Shown here: one piece after another, positions 19,292-30,391 of the stretch
How the letters are laid out: every line of letters starts with the position of its first letter
How positions within the stretch are numbered: the first letter of the stretch is position 1
Source: an uncultured Nitrososphaerota archaeon
GTDB lineage: Archaea; Thermoproteota; Nitrososphaeria; Nitrososphaerales; Nitrosopumilaceae
Direction of reading: 5' to 3'
Assembly: GCA_963701075.1 (NCBI GenBank)
Contig: OY969559.1
Span: forward strand, 352,001 to 416,000
DNA length: 64,000 bases
The notes under the pieces: model-generated
Seen by the model: only the letters and a program-made list of their open reading frames with translations
Told to the model about the DNA's origin: nothing
Database searches by the model: none
Made by a program: the position numbers and the translations under genes

Positions 19292-20722
19292 CTAATCTTC
19301 TTTCTCGGTAAAGTCTTTTGTAAAGACCTTCATTGTGGCCAAGTTGATAATTATAGCTATTCCAGGTGTTGGCACTATGCCGCCACTTGCTTGATAGTCA
19401 GTCTGGCTCTGCCAGGCCCCGGAATTGACTATCAACGTTCCCTTGTACATGTCAAGGTCGACAACATGAACATGACCGGAATGAAAGATATCTGGAACTT
19501 CATTTATCACCATAAAATCTTCAAGCTCAGGTGCAATTGGAGTACGCTTCCCATAAATCGGGCTGAGATGCCTTGTCCTCAACAATGCCCGCATTGCCCT
19601 TGCTGGCTGTGCATAGCTTAGGCCCGGAGTAGTTCCTACTACATCATCAAGGCTCTGACCGTGAAACATCAACACCTTTACGCCATTGAGATCCAAAAAG
19701 GCAGGATTTCCTAACATGAAAAAGTTCTCTCTATTCCACAAACTCATATTGTGTTTTTCCGGTATGGCAGGCTGGGGAAGAGCCCTTCTACCTGGATCGT
19801 GGTTGCCAGGAATTATGAATGTCTTGATGTGTTTTGGAATCTTGTCTAGCATTTGGGCAGCCTTTGCCATCTGCTCGTCCATATCCATGATAAGCAACTC
19901 CTTGTCTTGATTTGGAAAGATTCCAATCCCATCAATTATGTCCCCACCTATCAAGAGAAACCTGACCTTTCTTGCTACTGGATCGGGGCTTGAAAGCCAG
20001 GAAATAAAATCTGTAAACTCCTTTTCCATAAAGTACTTGCTACCTATGTGAATATCTGATATCAGGACAGCATACGTCTCAGTCTTTGAGCGATTTGCTA
20101 TATGATCTGGGACGTCTGGGACTAGAAGCTCCTTTGCGATAAATCCGCCATTTTTGCCATTTGTAACGCCCACCATTACAAACTGGTCCATTAAAAGCGA
20201 GTTTGCAGTCTCCTGCAATTCTTGATTCCACACTAGAATCTCTACAGAACCGGTAGGATCATCTACTACTATCTTGGTTACATCTCGCTCGATCTTTCTG
20301 TCCATCAGAAGGCCTGCAACAAACGTCTCCTCGCCAAGCTTACCATCTGTCACATTTTTAATTGGCGTAAGTTTCTTTGCCTGTGATCTCTGCATCATTA
20401 TTTTAAGTAGTTTTGAGTATCTGTCAGAAAAAAGCGCTGTAAAACCATCTATTCCCTCTGCCGACGTGATCTTTTTTGTAGGATCAAACAATATCTCATG
20501 CCTATCCTCAACACTACCATCAACTTCTGACTCTACAAACATTTTGAGGTCGCTCTGATTTATCAAAAACAAGTTTTGCTTTGCCTTTTCACGAACAACC
20601 TGTTTAATTATATTCTGGAGTTCCTTCACATCTATCTTTTCTAATATCTTAAAAGCATCAGGATGAATCTGAAATCCTCTACTTAGGGCATATGTTACTG
20701 CTGAGGACACCTCTTCTTTCAC
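19292..20722 (-). CDS. polB: DNA polymerase D small subunit DP1 (proofreading exonuclease)
   Basis: OB fold with DDPTG; SDIHIGS, GDIIDG, PGNHD, FHG, HLSP, GHVH calcineurin-like motifs. Confidence 0.96.
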   Translation of the reverse strand: MKEEVSSAVTYALSRGFQIHPDAFKILEKIDVKELQNIIKQVVREKAKQNLFLINQSDLKMFVESEVDGSVEDRHEILFDPTKKITSAEGIDGFTALFSDRYSKLLKIMMQRSQAKKLTPIKNVTDGKLGEETFVAGLLMDRKIERDVTKIVVDDPTGSVEILVWNQELQETANSLLMDQFVMVGVTNGKNGGFIAKELLVPDVPDHIANRSKTETYAVLISDIHIGSKYFMEKEFTDFISWLSSPDPVARKVRFLLIGGDIIDGIGIFPNQDKELLIMDMDEQMAKAAQMLDKIPKHIKTFIIPGNHDPGRRALPQPAIPEKHNMSLWNRENFFMLGNPAFLDLNGVKVLMFHGQSLDDVVGTTPGLSYAQPARAMRALLRTRHLSPIYGKRTPIAPELEDFMVINEVPDIFHSGHVHVVDLDMYKGTLIVNSGAWQSQTDYQASGGIVPTPGIAIIINLATMKVFTKDFTEKED

Positions 20723-20798
20723 AAACTGTCATAATACAACTTTTAATTAAATCTGTTCGAGCTGTCAACCCTCAAATAACTCCCTTAAAACAAACTCG

Positions 20799-21338
20799 TT
20801 GTTGGTAAAAAGACGAATCTTAATTTTTCTGATCTTCATTGCAATATTTTCAGTTTCATATTCTATTGGCAGTGAAAGCAACATATCCGAAGAAGATTCC
20901 AAGTCATTTGTTAAAGACTTTCAACATACTGTAGAGGGAATCGACGCAATAGGGATTTTTACTCATAACACAACTGTTGCATTGCCCATGTTCCTGCCAG
21001 GCTTTGGAATAGCTTGGGGTTCCTTTGCTGCGTGGTCAACTGGGCTGGCCTTTAAGGCATTGGTATCTACCACACCAGCACTTGCAAAACTTCCACCACT
21101 TGCAATAATCTACCTCTCACCTTTTGGCGTAATGGAGCTAATTGCCTATTCCATTGGAATGTCAAGAAGCTTCATTCTCATCAATACAATACTGAGGAGG
21201 GGAAACCTCAGAGAAATGCTGCGTCCAACAGCAATTGAAATAGGAATTGTGGTTGCATTGTTACTGGCCGCAGCATTCATTGAATATGCCATGATTCAAG
21301 AATTTGGATCGGCATTGGTTCATCCCAAAACGCACTAG
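20799..21338 (+). CDS. SpoIIM-family membrane protein
   Basis: IFTHN, PFGVMEL, LLLAAAFIE motifs; multiple TMs. Confidence 0.8.
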   Translation: MLVKRRILIFLIFIAIFSVSYSIGSESNISEEDSKSFVKDFQHTVEGIDAIGIFTHNTTVALPMFLPGFGIAWGSFAAWSTGLAFKALVSTTPALAKLPPLAIIYLSPFGVMELIAYSIGMSRSFILINTILRRGNLREMLRPTAIEIGIVVALLLAAAFIEYAMIQEFGSALVHPKTH

Positions 21339-21373
21339 ATTCATTTTTATTTTAAAACAAAACAGTCAAGGTA

Positions 21374-22108
21374 ATGCTCGGTCTTAAAATTCACACACTT
21401 CCAAAACTAAACAAGCCCATAATGATAACTGCACTTCCAGACATGGGAAACGTTGCTGGAATTGGAATGGATTTTCTTGTAAAAAAACTAAAAGCAAAAC
21501 TATTTGCAGAGATCTATGCGTTCTGGCCGCCAGCAGTCTCATATGAACAAGGGCTGATAAAATATGATCAATCAAGCTACAAATTTCATTATTCACAAAA
21601 GGAAAACATTGTGTTCTTTTCAGGAGAGTTTAATCCCTCTGATCCCCGACGTCTTTACGAACTGTGCTATGAGGTAGTTGGCATGGCAAAAAAACTCAAA
21701 GTAAGTACGCTTTATTCCATTGGAGCTATCTTGAGGCAACCAAGTCCTGCCGAACCAAAATTATTTGCTGCCGCAACAACACCAAAATACCTAAACTTGT
21801 TAAAGAAGAAAAATTTAGAACTGCTCAATACGCAAGGCCAGATAACTGGCTTCAATGGGTTGGTATTAGGAATTGCAAAGGAAAAGCAGCTTGACAGCAT
21901 TTGCATTCTGGGAGAAATAGACAATCCAAACGTCATTCAACCAAGGTCAGCTAAACTAATACTTGCAAAACTTTTGCAAGTTCTAGAGCTTGGACCGCTG
22001 GACATGAAAGAACTAGACGAGGAGGAAAAGAGAAAACAGTTCATGGAACAACAAATGAGCTACATGAATGGACTAGCGAAAAGAGATAATCAACCGGGAA
22101 TTGCCTAA
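21374..22108 (+). CDS. Proteasome assembly chaperone (PAC2 family)
   Basis: ALPDMGNVAGI, GQITGFNGLVL, ICILGE, PRSA motifs. Confidence 0.85.
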   Translation: MLGLKIHTLPKLNKPIMITALPDMGNVAGIGMDFLVKKLKAKLFAEIYAFWPPAVSYEQGLIKYDQSSYKFHYSQKENIVFFSGEFNPSDPRRLYELCYEVVGMAKKLKVSTLYSIGAILRQPSPAEPKLFAAATTPKYLNLLKKKNLELLNTQGQITGFNGLVLGIAKEKQLDSICILGEIDNPNVIQPRSAKLILAKLLQVLELGPLDMKELDEEEKRKQFMEQQMSYMNGLAKRDNQPGIA

Positions 22109-22147
22109 TTGTTTGAAGAAATTATACCCAGCCATTAAATACGAGTT

Positions 22148-23869
22148 TTGAGTTTAGCTAATCAAATGAGGTCCAGTGTACTATCGCTAATTGCAATTAC
22201 GGGATTTCTAGTCATACTCTGCTTTCCTTCTAACGCATATTCTGATTTTGTATCTAGCGATGCATATCTGATCCAGGCCACAGGTTTTGTAGCCGGGACA
22301 CAAAACATTCTTGATTCCACATTTGACATACAACTAACTGCGGGCACTCAAAGTGGAAGCAGCATACTTTCTACACTAGATAATGGCATTGTTACAATTA
22401 ATGGCGATAACTATCTCAATTCTGGTAATTGGACAACCACCCTGTTACGAGATGGAAAATTTTTGCTTCTTAAAGGAAATGCACAGGACCAGAACGGCAA
22501 TACCATACAGATCAATCTCTTTGGAAGACAGATACAAAGCAATCAAAACGGTGTTGTTTACAGCATTACTGGCAAGATAATAGGTTCAGAGACATTCAGA
22601 GTTATTTACAGCGCAAAAATAATCGCTGCTGGAACATACACCCCGCCTGTCACTTCGCCAACCTCACAAACAACACCCACGCCACAACAGAATCAAACAC
22701 AATCAAATGTTGTGAGAATAAGTATAGTTTCTGGCGCATCCAATCCAACTAACCAGCTCTTCTTCTCTCCCTCAGTTACCACAGTAACTCCCGGCACTAC
22801 AATAATTTGGACCAACAATGACAACGTACCTCATACAATAATGAGCGGGGTGGCATCTGTTAATGGTGGGAATGCTTCCGCGCCAACATTTACTTCTGAC
22901 GGAATGATAAACAGTGGCACCATAGCTCCTGGCAAATCTTTTCAATACACCATAACCAGTTTTAATCCCAAAGCCTATCTTAGTGCATCAGCAGCACAAT
23001 ACCTGAATTTACCGGCAGATCAAACTACTGGCGATATCACATTCTTTGATCCTAACTATACATGGATGATAGGAGTGATAAGCCCCATGTCAGTCTCAAC
23101 TCAAACACAAACAGTCCAGATCAACATATTGCCGGGGGCATCAACTGCCACAACTAATCAATACATATCTCCATCTTCTGTACAAGTTACACCAGGCTCT
23201 ACAATTGTTTGGGTAAATCAAGACTCTGTTGCACACAGAATCTTGAGCGGTCAACAACAATCTACAACATTTGGTACTACTGGAAAGCCGATCCTCACAG
23301 CGCCAGCATTTAATCCTGATGGACATATTGACACTGGCACCATAGCTCCGGGCCAAAGCGTCAAGATCACAGTATCAGGAACAGGCCAATTTGCTTTTTA
23401 CGATCCATCAAATACATGGCTAAATGGTAACATTCTTTCGGTTTCACAAATACCCTCATCGTCAATACCGCCAGTGCAAGTAAGCATTTTACCGGGATCA
23501 TCAACAGCCCAAGGATCTTCCTCCCAACAAAATCAAAACTATGTTAATGGATATTATTCTCCTGACCAAATCCAGATTGTACCAGGCACTACAATAATTT
23601 GGACAAACAATGACTCTATTGCTCATTCAATATGGAGCGGTACCGCCACCTACAGACCAATTAATCCATACGTTCCAGACGGCAAGATAAAGAGTGGCTC
23701 AATAGCTCCGGGCCAAACCTTCCAGGTCACCATTAATGATACTGGAATCACTAGGTTCTATGATCCGTCATATACATGGATGAATGGTATGATTGTCTCA
23801 CTCCCATCCACGCAAACTCATACCCTCAACTCTGCAACATATACGGGCCCAACGCCAGTCCTTCACTAG
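22148..23869 (+). CDS. Secreted protein with three degenerate plastocyanin/cupredoxin-like domains
   Basis: Signal peptide; three repeats of I..GAS...SP...V.PG.TI.W.N.D...H.I.SG...DG.I.SG.IAPG. Confidence 0.85.
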   Translation: MSLANQMRSSVLSLIAITGFLVILCFPSNAYSDFVSSDAYLIQATGFVAGTQNILDSTFDIQLTAGTQSGSSILSTLDNGIVTINGDNYLNSGNWTTTLLRDGKFLLLKGNAQDQNGNTIQINLFGRQIQSNQNGVVYSITGKIIGSETFRVIYSAKIIAAGTYTPPVTSPTSQTTPTPQQNQTQSNVVRISIVSGASNPTNQLFFSPSVTTVTPGTTIIWTNNDNVPHTIMSGVASVNGGNASAPTFTSDGMINSGTIAPGKSFQYTITSFNPKAYLSASAAQYLNLPADQTTGDITFFDPNYTWMIGVISPMSVSTQTQTVQINILPGASTATTNQYISPSSVQVTPGSTIVWVNQDSVAHRILSGQQQSTTFGTTGKPILTAPAFNPDGHIDTGTIAPGQSVKITVSGTGQFAFYDPSNTWLNGNILSVSQIPSSSIPPVQVSILPGSSTAQGSSSQQNQNYVNGYYSPDQIQIVPGTTIIWTNNDSIAHSIWSGTATYRPINPYVPDGKIKSGSIAPGQTFQVTINDTGITRFYDPSYTWMNGMIVSLPSTQTHTLNSATYTGPTPVLH

Positions 23870-23880
23870 ATGGTATAGTG

Positions 23881-24582
23881 CTACTTGAAGTTGATATATG
23901 ATTCCAGCCTTGTCTGATCAAATACCATTACGGAAAGATCAGAGAACTGCTTTCCTTCCAAATCTTTTACGGTTCCAACAAAACAAGTCTCCTTCTCGGT
24001 TGTGAGAAATTCAAAAACATGCACCTTCATACTTGAGGTGTCAAACCCGTGATTTTTCAGGTAAACTGCAATTTCTGACTGCATAAAGTGCTTGGATGGT
24101 TCCTTAGGCCATGGGCGTGGTACCAGCACCACGCTCAATCCATCTATTAGCGCTTTTTGGAGTTCAAGTTTCTTCTCTTCAATGCTTGTTGATATGTGCA
24201 TAGTTATGACTCTGCTTTTGTCCAGTGGCACTTTTGCCTTTGATGCAGCTACCTGCACTGAGCTTATACCTGGAATCACCTGCACATCCCCAAAAATCTC
24301 AATTAATCTGTCAACAACCTCTGATTCGGAAAAGTTCACATCTCCTGTAAATGGCACAACACAAGTCTTGGTTCCAAGCGATTTTGAGACCTTTTGATAC
24401 ACATCTTCTTGGTCTTGCATCGTGATCTCATGTACTTCTTTATTTTTTGTTAGCTCTTCAATTGTTTTGAGCGTGTACTTGTAACCTATTATGATATCGG
24501 AATTTGTTACAATCTCCTTTACTACATCTGTAACATATTTTGGTGAGCCGGGCCCCACTCCCACTGCAAAAACCTTTCCCAT
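23881..24582 (-). CDS. cbiE: Cobalt-precorrin-7 C5-methyltransferase (tetrapyrrole methylase)
   Basis: VGVGPGS, TGD, IPGISSVQVAAS motifs. Confidence 0.8.
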   Translation of the reverse strand: MGKVFAVGVGPGSPKYVTDVVKEIVTNSDIIIGYKYTLKTIEELTKNKEVHEITMQDQEDVYQKVSKSLGTKTCVVPFTGDVNFSESEVVDRLIEIFGDVQVIPGISSVQVAASKAKVPLDKSRVITMHISTSIEEKKLELQKALIDGLSVVLVPRPWPKEPSKHFMQSEIAVYLKNHGFDTSSMKVHVFEFLTTEKETCFVGTVKDLEGKQFSDLSVMVFDQTRLESYINFK

Positions 24583-24666
24583 TGTGACATCTTTTGCAAC
24601 GTTCAATATAATTCACAATTTGAGAATCACAGTTAGCTTTTATTTGCCGGTCCAAAATATTTATCA

Positions 24667-25342
24667 TTGAATGCCAGAATAATCTCAGCCGTTTTCTTTT
24701 TACTCCTAGTTCAGCTTTGTTCCAGATTCCTTTGCTGCATCACAAAACTCTACACTAGACTCTGAGGGAAACTATGCAAATCCATCCCTTGGTATAACAT
24801 TTCAGGCTCCCGGCGGCTGGACAGTAGAGGAGCCGAAAAAATCCCAACCCAATGCGCCAGACATTGCAGTGATAACTCCTTATTCAAATGGATTTCCATC
24901 CTCGATCTCATTTAATGTTGAGAAGGCAAATGGAACGTCACTTGATGATTATGTCCAAGATAAAATTAATCAATTGACCAGTGGCAACCAATCAAACAAC
25001 ATTGCAGTTCTGTCAGAGCAAAATGGAACCATAGACGGGTTTGCTGCCAAGACATCAATGCTCCAAGAAAATTTTACTCTACAAAATGGCAGCAATGTTA
25101 TAAAATTCAAGCAAGTAATTGTGCTGGCAAATGATGAATTTTATACAATAACCTATGCAAATGAGGCAAAAAACTTTGACAGCGATCTGGCAAGCTATGA
25201 CCAGCTATTAGGCTCCATCCAGTTTGTAAACAATGACACGTCTTCCTGGCTTGACTATGTTTCTATTGGCATAGCAGCTGGCGCGCTAATTGTGGGCCTG
25301 GTCTTGATTAAAAGAAAAAGAAAACAATTGCAAAAAAACTAG
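24667..25342 (+). CDS. Surface protein, PsbP/DcrB-like, with C-terminal TM anchor; apparent frameshift at 24712
   Basis: Signal peptide joins YANPSLGITFQAPGGW...FYTITY...LLGSIQF; TM followed by KRKRK. Confidence 0.7.
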
Positions 25343-25517
25343 GCAACCTGCATTTATAAAAACCCCTGAAAAATCCATTTTTTCATTGTAATAAAAGATC
25401 GGGCGCGCTAGATTTGGGCCAATAAACGGGTCTTCTAAAAAGGCCTTGTATCTACAATCATTCCAATCCTCTGTAAATGAGCGAAAGATAAAATACCGTA
25501 TTGTGGAGAAATAGAGT

Positions 25518-25838
25518 ATGAAGAAAGAGTACATTGTAGTAAGGATCGAGGGTTCTACCGACGGTGCGCCGTATGTAGTGATCTCACTGTCCTCATCTAA
25601 AGAATTCAAAGAGCAAAACAGTACTCCAATGTCCCCCTTTGGCTCTGGTGTTATGGGGTTTACCAACATGGATGACATGATAAAAGGCCTCAACAAAATG
25701 ATGGCAGGAGGAATGGGAGCCATGGGTGGCGGAATTACCTCTATTAAACTAGATATGCACGAATACAAGGAACTAAACCTATCAGTAGGAGACAAGGTGT
25801 ATCTGGAAATAACAAGAGCAGAGTCTCTTGGAATCTAG
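25518..25838 (+). CDS. Conserved hypothetical protein, arcadin-1-like
   Basis: Beta hairpin - Met/Gly-rich insert - SIKLDMHEYKELNLSVGDKVYLEI. Confidence 0.55.
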   Translation: MKKEYIVVRIEGSTDGAPYVVISLSSSKEFKEQNSTPMSPFGSGVMGFTNMDDMIKGLNKMMAGGMGAMGGGITSIKLDMHEYKELNLSVGDKVYLEITRAESLGI

Positions 25839-25854
25839 GAATCGGCACTAGTTT

Positions 25855-26517
25855 TTATCTGGAGATCTCTCCGCGCAAGATCTCATATGCCTTTGCAGCG
25901 TCCTTTTCATGCAATACCAGAATGATATCGTCCTGGCCAAAAAAGGCATTAACAAGTTCAATTCCGTTATCATGAAGAATTTCTGATACGTACGATACTA
26001 CGTCTGATTCATTTCCAGACTGAGGGATGTGAATGCTTATCTTTGCAAGCCCGGTTTGGAAGAAATTCTTGTGTGAAGAAAAGGATTCAAGCAATTTTCT
26101 GACATCACTAATGTCTTCAGTTAAGAACCTAAACGAGTCTGTAAATCTGAAAAATTCGTAATCTGGATCAATTCGAGTAAATCCATCCATTAACGCCACT
26201 GCGTCCTCCATCGCAAAATCCTGTGAGGAGAATTTGATATCTAGTATTCCATCTGTAAGCGAGAGCCTGGCATTTTTTAGCGCAGACTCGCTTTGTACGT
26301 CGTCCTTTTTCTCAAAGGAATCTGCATATCTTTTGATTGCCACAACAATCGTGTTGAGGTTTACAGGGCCGCCCATCTGGGCTTCCACTTCTTTTTGGAT
26401 TTTGACAGCAAGTGCTGTATAATTTACCAGGTCCATCTTGACACAATCGTAAATTGATCTATTTTTTGTGATTATTTCTCGTACCGTATCGGGAACCGAA
26501 AGACTAGCTGTACGCAT
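25855..26517 (-). CDS. ACT-domain regulatory protein
   Basis: N-terminal LVNYTALA...IVVAIKRY; C-terminal ACT-like SEILHDNGIEL...IILVL..DA.KAY. Confidence 0.75.
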   Translation of the reverse strand: MRTASLSVPDTVREIITKNRSIYDCVKMDLVNYTALAVKIQKEVEAQMGGPVNLNTIVVAIKRYADSFEKKDDVQSESALKNARLSLTDGILDIKFSSQDFAMEDAVALMDGFTRIDPDYEFFRFTDSFRFLTEDISDVRKLLESFSSHKNFFQTGLAKISIHIPQSGNESDVVSYVSEILHDNGIELVNAFFGQDDIILVLHEKDAAKAYEILRGEISR

Positions 26518-26592
26518 ACAATGAGATTTATTACTGTCAGCTATATTAGTTTATGTAATAATTGGGCATAGAAATCTCATAAACTTTATATA

Positions 26593-27129
26593 ATGTCAGA
26601 GGTATTACATACCATGGGAAATTATGACATGATAGAATCAGACGAGTTCGACAACCTCTTCCAAAGAATGATGCGACCTTTCAAAGAACTAGACGATGTA
26701 TGGAACGAGATGCAAGATTCTTCAAACATGCAGACATTTGGTCCGTATTACTATGGTTACTCTGTAACAGTAGGGCCTGATGGCAAACCTGTAGTAAAAG
26801 AGTACGGAAACGCAAGACCAAGTCTTCTTCCAACCGCAGAGACAAGAGAACCTCTTGCCGATGTAATTGTAGATGACAAAGAAAAGGCCCTGAAAATTGT
26901 GGCCGAGATGCCAGGCGTTGAAAAGAAAGACATCAAGATCGAAGTAGTAGGACGCACGATCTTAATCGATGCAGAACACGAAGAAAGAAAATACCATACC
27001 AAGATACCCATCAAACACAAGGTCGATGAAAATTCTGTCAAGGCAACTTATGCCAACGGAATTCTTGAAGTAAAATTCCAGCTAAAGGAAGAGGAACGAC
27101 CAAAAGGAAAAACTGTGGAGGTTGAATAA
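26593..27129 (+). CDS. hsp20: Archaeal small heat-shock protein Hsp20 (start may be downstream)
   Basis: GPYYYGYSVTVGPDGKP, EPLADV, AEMPGV, ATYANGILEV. Confidence 0.93.
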   Translation: MSEVLHTMGNYDMIESDEFDNLFQRMMRPFKELDDVWNEMQDSSNMQTFGPYYYGYSVTVGPDGKPVVKEYGNARPSLLPTAETREPLADVIVDDKEKALKIVAEMPGVEKKDIKIEVVGRTILIDAEHEERKYHTKIPIKHKVDENSVKATYANGILEVKFQLKEEERPKGKTVEVE

Positions 27130-27159
27130 ACTTCCTTTATTTTTTATGGTGATTAAATT

Positions 27160-29301
27160 ATGAGCGAAATAACATTAAGAATAGCAGAGGCGTCACAGAG
27201 ACATGTAGGTAAAGGCATTGCCGTAGTTGATCCTAAAGTTGTTGAAGACAACAACTGGGAACCCGGCAATATCTTGGAACTGGTGGGAAATAGGAAAAGT
27301 CATACAAAACTATGGCCTGGCTCTTCTGAACAATATGGGACTGGAATAATAAAGATAGATGGAACTACAAGACAAAACATTGGTGCAGGAATTGGCGAAA
27401 AAATTTCTGTAAAAAAAGTTGACGTGCAGCAAGCAAAACAAGTAACAGTATCTCCAATTGAAAAACTCAGTGCAGAAGGCTTGCAAGAATACATGCAGGC
27501 AAACTACATCGGCCATGTACTAACTATTGGTGACACCCTTATAGTGACAACACAACTTGGTGGAAAAACCCAGCTTGTGATAACAAGTGCTACACCATCT
27601 GGAAAACCTGTTGTGGTCACAGAGGAGACTGAATTCAAACTGGGCTCTATGACTAAAGCCATTGACAACTCTGTACCTAGGATTACATATGATGACTTGG
27701 GAGGCCTCAAAAATGAGGTGCAAAAGATACGTGAAATGATAGAACTTCCCATGCGACATCCGGAATTATTTGAGAAAATTGGAGTTGAGGCGCCAAAGGG
27801 AGTTTTACTTTATGGACCACCAGGAACAGGAAAGACGCTCATTGCAAAAGCCGTTGCAGGCGAGACCAATTCTCACTTTATCTCAATTAGCGGTCCTGAA
27901 ATAATAGGTAAATTTTATGGTGAGAGCGAGGAAAGACTGCGTGAATTATTCAAGCAGGCAGAAGAAAATACGCCAAGCATAATTTTCATAGATGAAGTTG
28001 ACTCGATTGCTCCAAAACGAGAGGAAGTAACAGGCGAGGTAGAAAAAAGAGTGGTATCTCAGTTATTGACATTAATGGACGGAATGAAATCACGAGGAAA
28101 AGTTGTAGTAATTGCCGCCACCAACAGGCCTGACTCAATTGATCCTGCGCTTAGAAGGCCCGGAAGATTTGATCGTGAAATTGAGATAGGAATACCAGAT
28201 GCAGCTGGAAGAAAAGAGATACTTGATATCCATACACGAGGAATGCCGCTTGAAAAGAAAGTCAACTTGGAACAAATTGCCAGGGTGACTCATGGATTTG
28301 TCGGAGCAGACCTTGAGATTCTTGCAAAAGAAGCTGCAATGAGATCCCTGCGAAGAATATTGCCTGACATTGATTTAGAAGAAGAAAAGATTCCCGCCGA
28401 AGTTTTACAAAAGATTGTGATTACTGAGAGCGACTTTAAGGATGCACTAAAAGAGGTAAGGCCATCTGCACTAAGGGAAGTTCTAGTCCAAGTCCCCAAT
28501 GTTACATGGGAAGATGTTGGCGGGCTGGAATCACTGAAGGATGAACTTCACGAGGCAGTAGAGTGGCCTCTAAAACACAAGGAGGCATTTGAATATACAG
28601 ATCTAAAAGCACCAAAGGGAGTTTTACTTTATGGACCGCCAGGAACAGGAAAGACGCTAATTGCAAAGGCAGTAGCACATACAACAGAATCTAATTTCAT
28701 AAGCATCAAGGGACCCGAACTATTATCAAAGTGGGTTGGGGAATCAGAAAAAGGCATACGTGAAGTCTTCAGGAAAGCACGCCAGGCTGCCCCATGCATA
28801 ATATTTCTCGATGAGATGGATTCTCTTGCCCCAAGCAGAAGCTCTGGCGGCTCTGACTCGCATGTTACAGAAAGAATAGTATCTCAACTCTTGACAGAGA
28901 TTGACGGTCTTGAGGAATTGCACAATGTGTTGGTGATTGGAGTGACTAACAGAGTAGACTTGATAGACAGTGCATTGCTAAGGCCTGGAAGATTTGACAG
29001 GATATTGGAAGTACCATTACCAGACTCTAAAGGCCGTGAGAATATCTTTAAGATACACACCAAAAACAAGCCGCTTGCAAATGGTATAGACATTGCAAAA
29101 CTTGTAGAACTTGCTGATGGGTTCAGCGGTGCAGAAATTGAGGGCGTATGCAACAGAGCTGCGATGAGTGCAATAAGGAGATACGTCAACAAGGCAGAAA
29201 AATCTGTCAAGTCGATCAAGATAACTCAGGAAGACCTTGAAAACGCAATTGAAAAATTACGACCAGGAAAGGTCACGCCGCGCCAAGCTGTTACATTATA
29301 G
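27160..29301 (+). CDS. cdc48: CDC48/VAT AAA+ ATPase
   Basis: N domain plus two AAA modules, each with GPPGTGKT, Walker B and RPGRFD. Confidence 0.96.
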   Translation: MSEITLRIAEASQRHVGKGIAVVDPKVVEDNNWEPGNILELVGNRKSHTKLWPGSSEQYGTGIIKIDGTTRQNIGAGIGEKISVKKVDVQQAKQVTVSPIEKLSAEGLQEYMQANYIGHVLTIGDTLIVTTQLGGKTQLVITSATPSGKPVVVTEETEFKLGSMTKAIDNSVPRITYDDLGGLKNEVQKIREMIELPMRHPELFEKIGVEAPKGVLLYGPPGTGKTLIAKAVAGETNSHFISISGPEIIGKFYGESEERLRELFKQAEENTPSIIFIDEVDSIAPKREEVTGEVEKRVVSQLLTLMDGMKSRGKVVVIAATNRPDSIDPALRRPGRFDREIEIGIPDAAGRKEILDIHTRGMPLEKKVNLEQIARVTHGFVGADLEILAKEAAMRSLRRILPDIDLEEEKIPAEVLQKIVITESDFKDALKEVRPSALREVLVQVPNVTWEDVGGLESLKDELHEAVEWPLKHKEAFEYTDLKAPKGVLLYGPPGTGKTLIAKAVAHTTESNFISIKGPELLSKWVGESEKGIREVFRKARQAAPCIIFLDEMDSLAPSRSSGGSDSHVTERIVSQLLTEIDGLEELHNVLVIGVTNRVDLIDSALLRPGRFDRILEVPLPDSKGRENIFKIHTKNKPLANGIDIAKLVELADGFSGAEIEGVCNRAAMSAIRRYVNKAEKSVKSIKITQEDLENAIEKLRPGKVTPRQAVTL

Positions 29302-29320
29302 CTTATATGATTAAATCGAG

Positions 29321-30391
29321 TTGATACAAGCAACGGCAAAAGAAGCAGTCCTTTATCAGAAACTACCTGATGATAAGGTAAGATGTACAGCTTGCGCTAG
29401 GTATTGTGAAATTGGAAAAAACCAGATAGGTCTTTGCGGTATAAGGGCAAACAACAACGGCAGACTTGATCTTTTGGCATACGGCAAAGTAATAACTGGT
29501 CATGTTGATCCAATCGAGAAAAAACCTGTAACTCACTACAGGCCGGGGTCTAGCATATTTTCAATTGCAACCACTGGCTGCAATTGGCTTTGCAAATATT
29601 GCCAGAATTATGATATCAGTCAGCGAAGAAAAATCGAGGGAGTTGACATGACCCCCGAAGAGGTAGTAAATCTTGCCGTAAGCTCAGGCTCTCAAGGAAT
29701 TGCCTACACATACAACCAACCATCAATATTCATCGAGTTTGCAAGAGACTGTGGAGTCATTGCAAGAAAAAATGGGTTATTCAATATCTTTGTATCAAAT
29801 GGCTATGACACTCCAGACACCGTAAAGATGATGGATGAGTTCCTTGACTGCATAACGGTAGACTTTAAGGGAAATGCAGAACCGCAATTTACTCGAAAAT
29901 ACATTGGTGTTCCAGATCCACAACCAATCTTTGATACTCTCAAGGAAATAAGGAACAAGACCAAGATTCATGTGGAGATAACTGACTTGGTGGTTCCCCA
30001 AGTAGGTGATAACCTGGAATATGCAGCTAAACTTTGCAAATTTATCTACAATGAATTTGGACCTGACATGCCAATTCACTTTCTAAGATTTCATCCAGAT
30101 TACAAGATGATGGAATTTGAATCAACACCGATTAAGACACTTGAAAAACACCATGAAATAGCAAAAAAAGAGGGTCTCAACTATGCGTATCTGGGAAATG
30201 TTCCAGGACACCATCTTGAGCATACATACTGCCCAGAATGCAAAAAAATTGTGGTAAAAAGATATGGCTTTGATATTCAAGAGTACAATCTTGACGATAA
30301 CAATAACTGCAAATTCTGTGGCAATAAAATAGCAATAGAAGGAAAGCTGGCAGAAAATTACAAGCAAAATAGATTTCAGTTTGTACTCTAG
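29321..30391 (+). CDS. amrS: AmmeMemoRadiSam-system radical SAM enzyme (PflA-like)
   Basis: CTACARYC, DPIEKKP, CNWLCKYC, RFHPDY, YLGNV, C-terminal CxxC pairs. Confidence 0.85.
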   Translation: MIQATAKEAVLYQKLPDDKVRCTACARYCEIGKNQIGLCGIRANNNGRLDLLAYGKVITGHVDPIEKKPVTHYRPGSSIFSIATTGCNWLCKYCQNYDISQRRKIEGVDMTPEEVVNLAVSSGSQGIAYTYNQPSIFIEFARDCGVIARKNGLFNIFVSNGYDTPDTVKMMDEFLDCITVDFKGNAEPQFTRKYIGVPDPQPIFDTLKEIRNKTKIHVEITDLVVPQVGDNLEYAAKLCKFIYNEFGPDMPIHFLRFHPDYKMMEFESTPIKTLEKHHEIAKKEGLNYAYLGNVPGHHLEHTYCPECKKIVVKRYGFDIQEYNLDDNNNCKFCGNKIAIEGKLAENYKQNRFQFVL

